This document shows positions 39,772-50,483 of a stretch of DNA of 64,000 nt, piece by piece. The translations under genes and the position numbers were made by a program. How positions within the stretch are numbered: position 1 is the stretch's first letter; the number at the start of each line of letters is the position of its first letter. This stretch comes from an uncultured delta proteobacterium (GTDB lineage Bacteria > Desulfobacterota > Binatia > UBA9968), in contig CAVWLW010000059.1 in NCBI GenBank assembly GCA_963755715.1, positions 64,001 to 128,000 of the forward strand, in the 5' to 3' direction. The notes beneath the pieces are model-generated. The model was not told where the DNA came from, did no database searches, and saw only the letters and a program-made list of their open reading frames with translations.

Positions 39772-40445
39772 CAGGAATCAGCCGTCTCCACTCGCCCATC
39801 GCGCAGAAAAATCGTCCGGTCGCCGTAGCGCGCGGCTTCTTGACTGTGCGTCACCATGACCACAGTGCAACCGTCTTCTTGGTTGATCCGCTTGAGCAGC
39901 GCCAAGATCGCTTCGCCATTTTTGGAATCGAGATTGCCCGTCGGCTCGTCGGCGAGAAGAATCGGCGGATTGAACGCGAGCGCCCGCGCCACGGCGACGC
40001 GCTGGATCTCGCCACCCGAAAGTTCCTCCGGGAGATGGTGTTGCCGTTTTTCCAAGCCGATCTTGGTCAAAAGAATTTCCGCCTGATGATCCGCCTCGGC
40101 TTGGGATCGGCCATCGAGCACGAGAGGGAGCGCGACGTTCTCCAATGCGCTCAGGGTGGGCAGTAGATTAAAAAATTGAAACACGATGCCGATCTTTTTG
40201 CGGCGAAACAATGTCACCTGATCATCCGCCATCTGGCCGATGAGCCGGCCGTCGACCAGGAGATCGCCGCCGCTCGGCCGATCCAAGCCGCCGATCAGGT
40301 GCAGAAGCGTGCTCTTGCCCGAGCCGCTCGGCCCCATGATCACGGCAAATGAACCTTCGGGTATATCCAGAGAAATACCTGCCAACGCGGTGATTTCACT
40401 TTCACCTTGCCGGTAGGTTTTGCGAACGTCGATGCAGCGGATCAT
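39771..40445 (-). CDS. ABC transporter ATP-binding protein (LolD/MacB-like)
   Basis: GPSGSGKS, LSGGE, LADEPTGNLD. Confidence 0.93.
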   Translation of the reverse strand: MIRCIDVRKTYRQGESEITALAGISLDIPEGSFAVIMGPSGSGKSTLLHLIGGLDRPSGGDLLVDGRLIGQMADDQVTLFRRKKIGIVFQFFNLLPTLSALENVALPLVLDGRSQAEADHQAEILLTKIGLEKRQHHLPEELSGGEIQRVAVARALAFNPPILLADEPTGNLDSKNGEAILALLKRINQEDGCTVVMVTHSQEAARYGDRTIFLRDGRVETADS

Positions 40446-40457
40446 GCGGCAAGATCG

Positions 40458-40827
40458 TTAGCAAATAAAATTTATCGTCGGTGGATTCAAAGTGACATTG
40501 GCGCCGGCTTGCTGGTTGGATTCTAGCTTTGCCAGGTCGGCGTTGACGGCATGCATCAGGGATTCTACGCTGATGCCGAAATGTACCGGCGCATAAGGCG
40601 CGATCTTATCCAAGCCGGTGCGCCAGAGTTTGAGTGCCCCGGCCGGCACACCCTGCTCTAATTTGAAGTAACCCGCGGCGATCTGAATAATTCCTTGGTA
40701 GAACAAGCGGTCTTCGCCGTGCTCTTCCAACCAGATCTCTTCCAGCGTCTCGTGACACTCGAAAAAAAGCCGCTTCGTTGAATTCCTGAATGCCCTTTAA
40801 AAAACGCGGGTCGTCTTGCGGTTCCAT
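40458..40827 (-). CDS. DUF309 family protein, frameshifted
   Basis: GIQEFN..FFECHETLEEIW...YQGIIQIAAGYFK across an indel near 40770. Confidence 0.8.
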
Positions 40828-40944
40828 GGTCGAAATATTTGGTCCCAAAGATCACATGCTCACAGAGAATATCCGCCGAACCGCTCTGTATTCCATGTGT
40901 CCTTTGTGGTTAATTTTCTCCTAGCCTCAGCTTACAAAACTCGA

Positions 40945-42237
40945 ATGACCCAGACTAACGCGAAAAGCACAGCCACGCTAGAGATCGATGCTCTTTCCTA
41001 CGGTCCCTACGGCATCGGCCGGCTGGACGGCAAGGCGATAATGGTTCCCTACACGGCGCCCGGTGACACGGTGGAGGTGCGGATCACCGAAGAGAAAGAG
41101 CGCTACGCGGTCGGCGAAGCGACCCGCGTGCTCAGCACCTTCGCCGCTTCGCCAAGCGCCACCTTGCCCCTATGTCGGCGCTTGCGGGGGTTGCTCGTGG
41201 CAACACCTGCGCTACGACGCACAATTGAAAGCCAAACAACAAAGCGTCGCCGATGCCTTGCGGCGCATCGGCAAGCTGGGAGATTTCGAGCTCAAGACCG
41301 ATCATTCCATCGGCGCAAGAATATGGCTACCGGCGGCGCGTTCGCTTGCAGATCGGTCCGCAAGAAAGAACTCGGTTTTTTCGGCGCCGCTTCGCACGAG
41401 TTGGTGGAAATCGGCTCGTGCCTGATCGCCGACGATCGTTTGAACCGCGCGCTAGATTCTCTCCGCCGCTGGGTCCGCGCTCTCGCGACGCCGATCGAAT
41501 ACGTCGAGATCGTCGCCGGCGATGAGCCTGAAGAAATCGTCGTGGTCGCGCGCGCAATCGGTCCGTTCGCTCCGAATGACGAGCCGGCGTGCGCGAACTT
41601 GGCAAGCGAAGGCGAACAAATTCGCGGTTTGATAGTCGCTGGCGCCGACTGGCGCAGAGTTTGGGGCCGGCCGGCCATCAGCGTGAGTTTGTTAGCCGAC
41701 CTTTCCCTCTCCCTAGACGCGGACGTCTTTATGCAGGTCAACGCGGAAGGGAATCGACGCATTCTCAATGTGCTGCTCGCCGCCGGCGACTTTCAAAGCG
41801 GCGATCGCGTCCTCGAACTCTACTGCGGCGGCGGTAATTTCACTTTGCCGATCGCGCAGCGAACCAAAGAAATCGTCGCGGTCGAAGGTTACAGGTCGTC
41901 GATCGCCAACGGCAAGCTCAATGCGCAGAAAAATAGCATTGATAATATTCGCTGGATTTGTTCCGCCGTTCCCAAAGCCGTCACGGAGCTGAAAAGGCGG
42001 CGAGAAAACTTTACCAAGATCGTGCTCGATCCGCCCCGCGCGGGTGCCAAGGGAATCGAAACTGACTTGTCCGCGCTGGGCGCAAGTCGAATATTTTACA
42101 TCTCCTGCAACCCGACGACGTTGGCGCGCGACCTCAACGCCCTAACCAAGCACAGCTATAGGCTTCGCATGGTTCAGCCCATCGATTTTTTTCCGCAGAC
42201 ATTTCACGTCGAAACCCTCGCCGTCGTCGAGCGTTAA
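40945..42237 (+). CDS. rlmD: RNA (uracil-5)-methyltransferase RlmD/TrmA family with TRAM domain, frameshifted
   Basis: TRAM N-terminus, [14 protein letters not shown] Fe-S motif in shifted frame, [39 protein letters not shown]. Confidence 0.85.
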   Translation: MTQTNAKSTATLEIDALSYGPYGIGRLDGKAIMVPYTAPGDTVEVRITEEKERYAVGEATRVLSTFAASPSATLPLCRRLRGLLVATPALRRTIESQTTKRRRCLAAHRQAGRFRAQDRSFHRRKNMATGGAFACRSVRKKELGFFGAASHELVEIGSCLIADDRLNRALDSLRRWVRALATPIEYVEIVAGDEPEEIVVVARAIGPFAPNDEPACANLASEGEQIRGLIVAGADWRRVWGRPAISVSLLADLSLSLDADVFMQVNAEGNRRILNVLLAAGDFQSGDRVLELYCGGGNFTLPIAQRTKEIVAVEGYRSSIANGKLNAQKNSIDNIRWICSAVPKAVTELKRRRENFTKIVLDPPRAGAKGIETDLSALGASRIFYISCNPTTLARDLNALTKHSYRLRMVQPIDFFPQTFHVETLAVVER

Positions 42238-42288
42238 GATTAAAATGAAAGACCGAGGGCCGAAACGGCTTGAACGGTTGGAACGCTT

Positions 42289-43218
42289 TTAGATATTAAA
42301 CAGCTTCTTGGCATTCAGATAATAGATTTTCTCTTTGTCCGCCTGTGGGATATCGAGCTTGGCCATCGCGTCCAGCGTCATCGGATAGAATTGATCGTCC
42401 CGCCCCGCCCGACCGTGCGGATAATCGGCGCCGAAAAGGATTTGCTCCGCGCCTACCGTGTCATAAACGAGCTTGATGAACTCGGCGCGAATCGGCCCGG
42501 CGGTATCGTAGAAAATTTTCTTGAAGTAGATTTCCGGCTCTTGCCTGCATGCCGGATTGCCTTCGCGCCAGTTGAGCCGGTCGAGATAGAGCAAGATCAT
42601 GCCACCGAGGTGCGAACCGATCATCTTGAGCTTCGGATAACGGTCAAAGATGCCGGCGTAGACGATGCGCGCGATCGCCAGCGTGCTGTCGGTCGGCCAG
42701 AGAATCTTTTGATGCAGCGAATATTTTTCCCAATTTGATTGGCAGGGCGCGTTCGCCGGATGGAGAAAGAGCGGCTTATCTCCCGCCGCAAGCGCATCCC
42801 AAAACGGCATGAACTCAGGCTCGTCGATATATTTTCCCGCAACATTTGTCGGCATCATGATGCCGTGCATATGCAAGTCTTTGTAGCACCGCTCCAATTC
42901 CCGCACGCAATCGTCCACGTTGATCATCGGCAAGCGCGCAAACGCCAGGAAACGCTGCGGATGCTTCGCGTGCGCCTCGGCGAAGGCGTCGTTGAGGATG
43001 CGGCAAAGCTCCACGGCGCGCGCCCGGTCGCCGGCCTTTTCGATCCGTCCGCCGGTGTTGGAAAGCACGCCGATGTCGATGCCGTATTTGTCCATGACAT
43101 CGAGGTATTCGCGATGATCGAAGGCGTGAAAGCCGACGCCGCGCACATCGTTTTGCGCCTCAGGAATCAAGTCCAGAAATTTTCCGGGAAAGGCGTGAAA
43201 GTGAGTATCGATGATCAT
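42289..43218 (-). CDS. Amidohydrolase_2 family protein
   Basis: IDTHFH, LFLHP, SHLGG, FGADYP, NAKKLF. Confidence 0.88.
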   Translation of the reverse strand: MIIDTHFHAFPGKFLDLIPEAQNDVRGVGFHAFDHREYLDVMDKYGIDIGVLSNTGGRIEKAGDRARAVELCRILNDAFAEAHAKHPQRFLAFARLPMINVDDCVRELERCYKDLHMHGIMMPTNVAGKYIDEPEFMPFWDALAAGDKPLFLHPANAPCQSNWEKYSLHQKILWPTDSTLAIARIVYAGIFDRYPKLKMIGSHLGGMILLYLDRLNWREGNPACRQEPEIYFKKIFYDTAGPIRAEFIKLVYDTVGAEQILFGADYPHGRAGRDDQFYPMTLDAMAKLDIPQADKEKIYYLNAKKLFNI

Positions 43219-43386
43219 GGCTGCTCCCTCTTAAATTTTCGCTTAGGTTCACGCTGATGAGACGGCTGAGACTCACGACACCGTCAGTTTTCCATATGTC
43301 AACGCCGATAACTCGTCAAGGTGCGATCCTCGTCCCATGTTGACAGCTCCGTTCACCCTGTGTTTATTTCGCGGGGAGCATTCTCG

Positions 43387-45018
43387 ATGACTGAGTTCAT
43401 TTCATCCACGCGAGTTCCGGTTCTCATCGCCGGCGCCGGGCCGGTCGGATTATCGTTAGCGATCGAGCTCGCCTACCGCGGCATCCATTGTCTGGTCGTC
43501 GAGCAAACCGACGGCAACGTCGAGTTTCCGACGACGAATCTCGCGAATACGCGAACCGTCGAGCACCTGCGCCGCTGGGGCATCGCCGACAAAATGCGCT
43601 TCGAGTCGGGATACCCGACCGATTACCCGAGAAATTATGTTTTCATCACGCGCATGGATGGCTATGAAATCGCGCGGTTCGACCATCCCGCAAACGGCGA
43701 CCCGGGTGCCCGCTCGCCCTACAGCCCCGAAGGACGGCTTTGGATTTCCAAACCTTACTTCGACCCGGTGCTGCATAAACATGTCGCGACGCTCCCGACT
43801 GTCCAGTTGCGCTACAACACCGGCTTTCGATCGTTCGAGCAAGATGGTCAAAAAGTAAGTTGCCAGATCGTCGAGGAAAAAAGCGGCCGGCAGGAAACGG
43901 TCGAAGCGGACTACCTCGTCGGCTGCGACGGCGGCAGAAGTAACATCCGGCGCGCGCTCGGAATTCAGTACCAAGGAGTTTTTTCCCAGGGGATGAACGT
44001 CGCGGTCCTGTTTCGCTCGCCGTTTCTCAAAGCGATCAGCTACGGCCCCGCCGTCATGTACCAAATTATCAATTCACAAATTAACGGCACCATCGCCGCC
44101 GTCGACGGCAAGGACCTTTGGCGCCTGAACATTCGCAACGTCAAACAAGAACAGATCGATGCCTTGAATGCTCCGGAAAAACTGCGCCATGCTTTGGGCG
44201 AAAATATTCCGTTTGAATTGCTCGACGTGCGCCCGTGGACCGGCCACTGTGTCGTGGCGGAGAAATATCAGGAGCGCCGCATCTTTCTTGCCGGCGACGC
44301 GGCCCATCTGAACTGGCCGACGGGCGGCTTCGGTATGAACACCGGCGTCGGTGATGCCGTCGATATCGGCTGGAAGTTGGCGGCGGTACTAGAGGGTTGG
44401 GGCGGCGCGCATTTGCTTGACAGCTACACACCGGAGCGCAAGCCTATCGCCATGATCAACGTCAACGAGGCGGCGGAAATGCGCGCGAGCTACGACAACC
44501 AAACTCCCTTCTCTGTCCAGATCGAGGAAGATAGCGACGAAGGCAAACAGCTGAGCGCGAAAGCCCGCGCCGCGATCCTGCGCACTCGCGCCAAAGAATT
44601 TCAGCACGACTCCGCCGGTATCGAGCTCGGCTATCGCTACGAGGACTCGCCGATCTGCGTCGCCGACGGCACGCCCGCACCGATGCTCGACCACGGGCTT
44701 TACGTCCCGTCGACTTGGCCAGGGGCACGCGCGCCCCATGTCTGGCTCGAAGACGGTCGCTCGACGCTCGACTTGTTCGGCAAAGGTTTCACGTTACTGA
44801 ACCTGTCGGCCAAAACCACGAACACGAGCACGATCACGGCAGCCGCGCGACGAGTCGCCATGCCGTTTGAAGTTGTCGCGCTCGACGATCCGAAAGTGCG
44901 CGAGACTTACGAGCGCAAATTCGTGCTCGTCCGGCCCGACGGCCACGTCGCCTGGCGCGGCGACGCAATACCGGAAAATACCGCTGAGATCATAGACAAA
45001 GTCCGTGGCGCGGGATAA
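43387..45018 (+). CDS. FAD-dependent monooxygenase (aromatic hydroxylase, PheA/TfdB-like)
   Basis: GAGPVG, GCDGG, LAGDAAH, GGFGMNTGVGD, PGARAPH, LVRPDGHVAWR. Confidence 0.9.
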   Translation: MTEFISSTRVPVLIAGAGPVGLSLAIELAYRGIHCLVVEQTDGNVEFPTTNLANTRTVEHLRRWGIADKMRFESGYPTDYPRNYVFITRMDGYEIARFDHPANGDPGARSPYSPEGRLWISKPYFDPVLHKHVATLPTVQLRYNTGFRSFEQDGQKVSCQIVEEKSGRQETVEADYLVGCDGGRSNIRRALGIQYQGVFSQGMNVAVLFRSPFLKAISYGPAVMYQIINSQINGTIAAVDGKDLWRLNIRNVKQEQIDALNAPEKLRHALGENIPFELLDVRPWTGHCVVAEKYQERRIFLAGDAAHLNWPTGGFGMNTGVGDAVDIGWKLAAVLEGWGGAHLLDSYTPERKPIAMINVNEAAEMRASYDNQTPFSVQIEEDSDEGKQLSAKARAAILRTRAKEFQHDSAGIELGYRYEDSPICVADGTPAPMLDHGLYVPSTWPGARAPHVWLEDGRSTLDLFGKGFTLLNLSAKTTNTSTITAAARRVAMPFEVVALDDPKVRETYERKFVLVRPDGHVAWRGDAIPENTAEIIDKVRGAG

Positions 45019-45055
45019 AAGACCGCAAACCAATTATCCGCCCTGGAGTTATTTG

Positions 45056-46042
45056 ATGGCCGTTTTGATTAGCGCAATCCTTTTTTTAAGCGCACTGTCC
45101 TCGACTGCGTTCGCCGCGACCAAAGTTTCCTTTCCGTTTACGCCGATCAGCGCTGCCAGCCTGCCGTGGTGGATCGCCAAAGAATCTCGCTACTACGAAA
45201 AATATGGACTCGACGTGGATATGATTTACGTCGGCGCGTCGCCGGTCATTATCCAGGCGATGCTCGGCGGACAAGCCGGCGTTGGCGCAGGCGGCGGACC
45301 GCCTCTCGTTTCCAATATTCTGCAAGGCGGCGACGTGGTTCAGGTCGCGACAACCGTGCCCTACGCGATTCAATCTCTGATCGTGAAACCCGAAATCCGC
45401 ACTCCCGCGGACTTGTCTGGAAAGAAGATCGGCATCAGCCGGCTTGGAGCGATTCCTCACTTCACACTCCAGGCAATCGTCAAACTGCACAACGTCCAGG
45501 GCATCAATATCGTCCAAACCGGCACGACGACCCAAGCGATCACGAGTCTTTCGCAAGGTTTGGTCGACGGCATCATCACGTCCGCGCCTTTCACCTTTCG
45601 CCTGATGAAGGATGGTTATCGCGAGCTGGTGAGCCCAAAGGATTTCAAGAAAGCCGGCGTCGAATTTTTAATTCAGGGCCTGGTCGCGCGTAAATCCTAC
45701 GCCGTAAGGAATCGCGAAGTCGTCATCGGTATGATCAAGGCGACAATGGAAGGAATCAAACAGATCGTTGTCAACGAGAAGCACGCGAAAGCGATTCTGG
45801 CGAAATACACGCGCCAAACCGACCCCGAAATACTGGATCAAACCCACAAGTTCGCCCTCGATATCTTCGTCAAAGATCCCACGGTGACGCCGGCATCGAT
45901 TCAACCGATCGTGCAGCAATCGGCGCAATTCAATCTGGTCGATGCCAAGCTCGCCGGCAACACGCCGATCGGCGCTTACTATGACAACAGCTACGTCGAC
46001 GAGATCAAAAGGTCAGGGTGGTTGGCCGACCTGTGGAGGTGA
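45056..46042 (+). CDS. ABC transporter substrate-binding protein, NMT1/THI5-like
   Basis: Signal peptide; WIAKE..YYEKYGLDV, DLSGKKIGISRLG. Confidence 0.85.
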   Translation: MAVLISAILFLSALSSTAFAATKVSFPFTPISAASLPWWIAKESRYYEKYGLDVDMIYVGASPVIIQAMLGGQAGVGAGGGPPLVSNILQGGDVVQVATTVPYAIQSLIVKPEIRTPADLSGKKIGISRLGAIPHFTLQAIVKLHNVQGINIVQTGTTTQAITSLSQGLVDGIITSAPFTFRLMKDGYRELVSPKDFKKAGVEFLIQGLVARKSYAVRNREVVIGMIKATMEGIKQIVVNEKHAKAILAKYTRQTDPEILDQTHKFALDIFVKDPTVTPASIQPIVQQSAQFNLVDAKLAGNTPIGAYYDNSYVDEIKRSGWLADLWR

Positions 46043-46138
46043 TTTGTCGCGCGCTGCGCTCATTCGGTCGATTCCGCTGGAACGGCTGGAGCGTTTGTAG
46101 TAACAAACAATTATCAATCGGTAGGCCAGGAGAACGCC

Positions 46139-47260
46139 ATGAAGAACGGATTCAAAGCGATGGATTCCGACATGCATGTGATGGAGCCCTGCGATCTATG
46201 GCAGAAATACATCGACAAGAAATTCCTCGATCGCGCGCCTATCGGTCTCAACCGCCACAAGCGCGACCTCGGCGTCCAAGTCGATGGCAAGATCATGCCG
46301 CGGCCGACGCCGAAACCTATTCCCGCGCTAAGACCGATCCGCGAACGAATACTCAACGAAAAATATCCCGAGGAAGAAGCGCGCGACTTCGACAACGTGG
46401 CGCAGGTGCGCGCCATGGACAAAGAAGGTCTCGACGTGGCGATTCTCTACCCGAGCCGCGGCTTGTTTGTGCTCGCCGTCGACGGGCTCGATCCGGAATT
46501 GGCCGCTGCCATCGCCAAAGCCTACAATGATTGGATGCACGATTTTTGCAAAGTCGCCCCCAACCGCATGTACGGAGCCGGCATCGTCGCTCCACACGAC
46601 GTCTCATCGGCGGTCGAAGAAACGCGCCGCGTCGTCAAGGAGCTCGGCTTTCGCAGCGTTCTGATGCGGCCGAATCATGTCAACGGCAAGATGTGGAGCG
46701 ATCCGTATTACAATCCGTTGTGGGAAGAATGTCAGAAACTCGATATTCCCGTCGGTTTCCACGAAGCCGGCCGAGTTTTTCTGCCGCAGCCCGCGTTATC
46801 GGAATTCATCCCGAGCTTCGCCATGTTCAATACGCTTTCGTTTCCGATGGCCAACATGTTCGCCTGCGCCGACATGATCTACGGCGGCGTGATGGAGCGA
46901 TTTCCCAAACTCAAGGTCGCCTACCTCGAAGGCAACTGCGCCTGGATTCCGTGGCTGCTCTGGCGCATGGGCGAATACGCGGAGCTGACCGGCATGGCCG
47001 AGCATCCTGAAATGAAACTGGAGCCGCTGGAATATTTTCAGCGCCAGTGCTGGGGCGCGGTGGAATGCGATGAAATAGTCGCGAAGAATATCCCCGACTT
47101 CGGCTTGGAAGACAACATCGTCTTCTCGACGGACTATCCGCACTTAGATGTGAAGTTTCCCCACGCGGTGGAAACTTTTTTGAAGCTGCCGTTCAGCGAT
47201 CAAACCAAACGTAAATATCTGTGGGATAACTGCGCCCGGCTATATGGGTTCGGATATTAA
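46139..47260 (+). CDS. Amidohydrolase_2 family protein
   Basis: DSDMHVMEP, GFHE, FPKLKVAYLE, FSTDYPH, DNCARLY. Confidence 0.88.
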   Translation: MKNGFKAMDSDMHVMEPCDLWQKYIDKKFLDRAPIGLNRHKRDLGVQVDGKIMPRPTPKPIPALRPIRERILNEKYPEEEARDFDNVAQVRAMDKEGLDVAILYPSRGLFVLAVDGLDPELAAAIAKAYNDWMHDFCKVAPNRMYGAGIVAPHDVSSAVEETRRVVKELGFRSVLMRPNHVNGKMWSDPYYNPLWEECQKLDIPVGFHEAGRVFLPQPALSEFIPSFAMFNTLSFPMANMFACADMIYGGVMERFPKLKVAYLEGNCAWIPWLLWRMGEYAELTGMAEHPEMKLEPLEYFQRQCWGAVECDEIVAKNIPDFGLEDNIVFSTDYPHLDVKFPHAVETFLKLPFSDQTKRKYLWDNCARLYGFGY

Positions 47261-47280
47261 ACCTGATTCAAGATTTGAGC

Positions 47281-47351
47281 GTTCAAAAGTTCACGGGCAG
47301 AATTCAGACTACGCTTTCGTGGATTTACTTGAACTTTTGAATCTTTGAACG
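47281..47351. repeat. Free intergenic GTTCAA/TTGAAC palindrome
   Basis: GTTCAAAAGTTCA ... TTGAACTTTTGAATCTTTGAAC; same arms as the tctC signal-region element. Confidence 0.75.
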
Positions 47352-47763
47352 GATTTTACTTTCCGTACATCGGCAGCTTGCCGCCTTTAATTTTCCTCTG
47401 CGGCTCCCCGCATCTTTAACCAACGCCATGTCTTTCGGCGCAAGGTAGGTGTTAAATGTGCCATCGGCAGGACTGAAACCGATTGACACTGCGCCTGGGT
47501 CTGCGATTCGATGTTGGTAAAAAAATGAGATAAATTTTTGCGGTGGCGGAAGAGGACAAGAGAATCTTTACCTTGCCTCGACAGGCATCCAACCCTTCAA
47601 CAAATGGCCGTTTAATTTTTTCATCGCCGCGATCGTGCCTGTGAAGACGGCGCATGTGTCGGTAGAAAGAATGGCTTTGTCATGGTTGGCACGTACCTAC
47701 AATTTGATCTCAGTGCGCTACCGATCTTGACCGCCCCCCTGCGAAATAGCCTACGAGGAACTT

Positions 47764-48534
47764 ATGGACTTGCATTTGTCGAGACCGATTGTACTGAGAA
47801 CTAACCCGGGCCTCATTAGCCGTCGGCGAGCGCGGCGTCTTTTAATTCCGGAGAGATGTCTTCTCTGTCTGTCTATTTTTCTCGTGCTCATTGCGAATCA
47901 CCGGGCGTGGGGTCAGTCCAGCCAAACACTCAGGATCTATTTAGCTCGCCACGGAGAAACAGACTGGAACGTTGAACGCCGCCTGCAAGGAGGTATCGAT
48001 ACCGCGCTAAATTCGACAGGGCGGAAACAGGCCGCTAAACTTGCAGAGCGGCTCAAAGGAATTCGTCTCGATGCAGTTTACTCCAGTACTCTTAGCCGCA
48101 GCCGAGATACCGCTGAGATCGTGCGCGGTGATATCCCGCTGAAAAGCCTCGCCGGATTGAGCGAACGCAGAATCGGGAAATTTGAGGGCAAAAAGTTAGA
48201 TAAAATTAGTGATCCGGCGACGGCGCTAGAATACCCGAAACGTAGTCGCGATCCCGATGATGAACTTGATGGAGGCGAGTCTTTGAATCAATTCTATGAG
48301 CGGGTTCGCACGACCATCGAATTCATCCGGAGTCAACACAGTTCGGGAGCCATTCTCATCGTCGCCCATGCGATTACGAATCAAATGATTCTCCGAGCGA
48401 TTTTTAATCTGACCCTGCAGCAAGCCATTTCCATCAGGCAGGCCAACGACGAGCTTTACCTGATTGAACTGGATGCCGGAAATGCTCCGCGCTTGTGGAA
48501 ACTGATCACGGAAACGAATCTTGGCGATCTATGA
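47764..48534 (+). CDS. Histidine phosphatase (PGM family), probable signal peptide
   Basis: ARHGETDWN, GGES, VAH; hydrophobic N-terminus ending AWG-Q. Confidence 0.88.
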   Translation: MDLHLSRPIVLRTNPGLISRRRARRLLIPERCLLCLSIFLVLIANHRAWGQSSQTLRIYLARHGETDWNVERRLQGGIDTALNSTGRKQAAKLAERLKGIRLDAVYSSTLSRSRDTAEIVRGDIPLKSLAGLSERRIGKFEGKKLDKISDPATALEYPKRSRDPDDELDGGESLNQFYERVRTTIEFIRSQHSSGAILIVAHAITNQMILRAIFNLTLQQAISIRQANDELYLIELDAGNAPRLWKLITETNLGDL

Positions 48535-48654
48535 AGACTTAGAAGCGATCTCGGCACGACGCTTAGTTGACCGAGAGGCCAGGCTACAAGCGCCTGAAAA
48601 AAATTGATTTCGCTATTACAGTTAAATTACACCAGGGTTAGGCGCCCGGGCGAG

Positions 48655-49239
48655 TCAAATGCGCTTATCTCTCACCACCAACCTCTTGGCGAGTTGATAA
48701 AAATCTTCAACGCTCAATGGCAGCCACCAGGCTTTGTTCCTGATTTCCTCCAAATTGTCCGGATGGGATATAAGCGCGGGTTTGTGGAACGGAACCTGTC
48801 CGGGCGAAAGAGCAAGACTCAAAGGATGCTCTCCCATTCTATCTCTAATTTGAATCAATTTATCGCCTCTAAATTCCCTGCCGAAACGTTTCACGCAATT
48901 TCTAATCGCAATATCTTGTATGTGTGTTCTTACCTCGCCACGTTTCCAATAATCCAAGCCCGATTCCACATTGCTCGGATCGTCGTCATATACATTCGAC
49001 GCGATTTCCAGTAAATACTCTAAAAGCTCGGACCGCTTCTTGAAATATTCGAAATAGGCATCTTCATAGAGATGGCAGGCTTCCTCATATTCAAGATAAT
49101 TACCGCCTACGAGCCAAATAGATCGCCAATTTTCCTTGCCAAATTTAGCGTCCCGCTCCGCCCAAAGCTCATTGCGGCGCTTGCCGATGTATCCCGGCGA
49201 ATTATTGTCAAACAAAGTCCACTTGTCTTGGCTCAACAT
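48655..49239 (-). CDS. Hypothetical protein
   Basis: Intact AT-rich ORF of about 194 aa, aromatic/charged-rich (PGYIG, NWR, YEDAY, HIQDIAIRN, LSPG.VPFH, SVEDFYQ); family not recognised. Confidence 0.7.
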   Translation of the reverse strand: MLSQDKWTLFDNNSPGYIGKRRNELWAERDAKFGKENWRSIWLVGGNYLEYEEACHLYEDAYFEYFKKRSELLEYLLEIASNVYDDDPSNVESGLDYWKRGEVRTHIQDIAIRNCVKRFGREFRGDKLIQIRDRMGEHPLSLALSPGQVPFHKPALISHPDNLEEIRNKAWWLPLSVEDFYQLAKRLVVRDKRI

Positions 49240-49396
49240 GAGCGTAGCTCTCTGTAGTAACATTTTCGATCACTGCGACCGCGGCTTCTTTACCTGTCGG
49301 CATTCATACGGGGCGACTGATCGAGGCATTGGAGTTAGTTAGAGTGGAGTTTTCATTCAGACAGAAACGTGAACTAGAAACTAGAACTTACTAATC

Positions 49397-50361
49397 CTAT
49401 TGTGTCCTCGCCGCATTGAAGTAGCTCGCGTCATAGTACACCGGCAGCTTGTCGCCTTTGGGGAGCTTGAAGCCGAACTGATTTCGCAGATCCAGGACAA
49501 CCTGCAAGCCCAGCAGATTCAATACACCGGTATTCGATAATTCATCGACGCTCTCCGTCGCCTGATTTCGGATCCAGCTTCAGCTCGGCGCCGACTGTTT
49601 TGATTGCCGCATCGCGATTGGCCGGATCTTTGGCCCAGGCCATGCCTTTCAGCCACGCGCGTAAGATAGGCGAGCAGAGTGTCACGATTCTTCTGCGCCC
49701 ACGCGCGGTTCACTGCGAGCACTGTATTGGGATAATCCGGCAATACTGCTCTCGAATCGCCCATGCGCCGCATCCCCGCGGCGAGCGCCTTGCCATCGAA
49801 CGGCGGATTCAGAACGCCCGCGTAAGTTTCGCCTTTGATCATCGACTCGAGCCGGGCGCCGGTGGCGCCAAGGGCGACCAGCTCATAATCACCTTTCGTC
49901 ATATCCAAACCATTGGCCAGTAGGATGCGTCGGAGCACCAGAGCGAAAGCTGTATCCACCGCGTCGGCGGCGAGCTTTTTTCCCTTCAGGTCGCTCCAGT
50001 TCTGAATCTCCGGTCTAACAAACACCGGCAAAACCGTCTTGTCCGAGATCTGCGCGATCGCAACAATCTCGGCGTCCTCTTTACCGGACCACGCCAGCAC
50101 GTTATCGAAGGCCGTCGACACAATGTCGAACTTGCCTTGGCTCAAACCTCTCATCTGATCCGTCGAGTTCGGCGTCGGCGTCACATCGACTTCCAGTCCT
50201 TCACCAGCAAAATAGCCGTTGACCTTTGCCGCTACAGTGGCCGCGTCCACGCGAAACACGTTCAAGCGGATCTTTCGTAATTCCTTCTGCGCGTACACCG
50301 ATTGCACCGTAAGCAACAGAGCGACAACCATTCCCACTGCGATTCGACTCTTTCGTGTCAT
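49397..50361 (-). CDS. ABC transporter substrate-binding protein, NMT1/THI5-like, frameshifted 3' part
   Basis: Signal peptide, GYFAGEGLEV, DLKGKKLAAD; C-terminus ...YYDASYFNAARTQ ends TAG 49397. Confidence 0.8.
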
Positions 50362-50483
50362 GCTTCGCCTCCGCTGGAAACGAATGATGCCGCACCTTAG
50401 TTCAGTTAGGACTTACCTTCAAGGATCAAATGCAACACTAAAAGAGTCGAATGAATTGAGTATGGCGCGCCTCGAATTTCCCT

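Noticed and set aside
43254-43290. CTGATGA followed by a GACGG/CCGTC stem, resembling a hammerhead ribozyme core
   Set aside because: The required GAAA after stem II is absent (AGTT) and no stems I/III are evident; the CTGATGAG at 56224 is part of a REP-like element.
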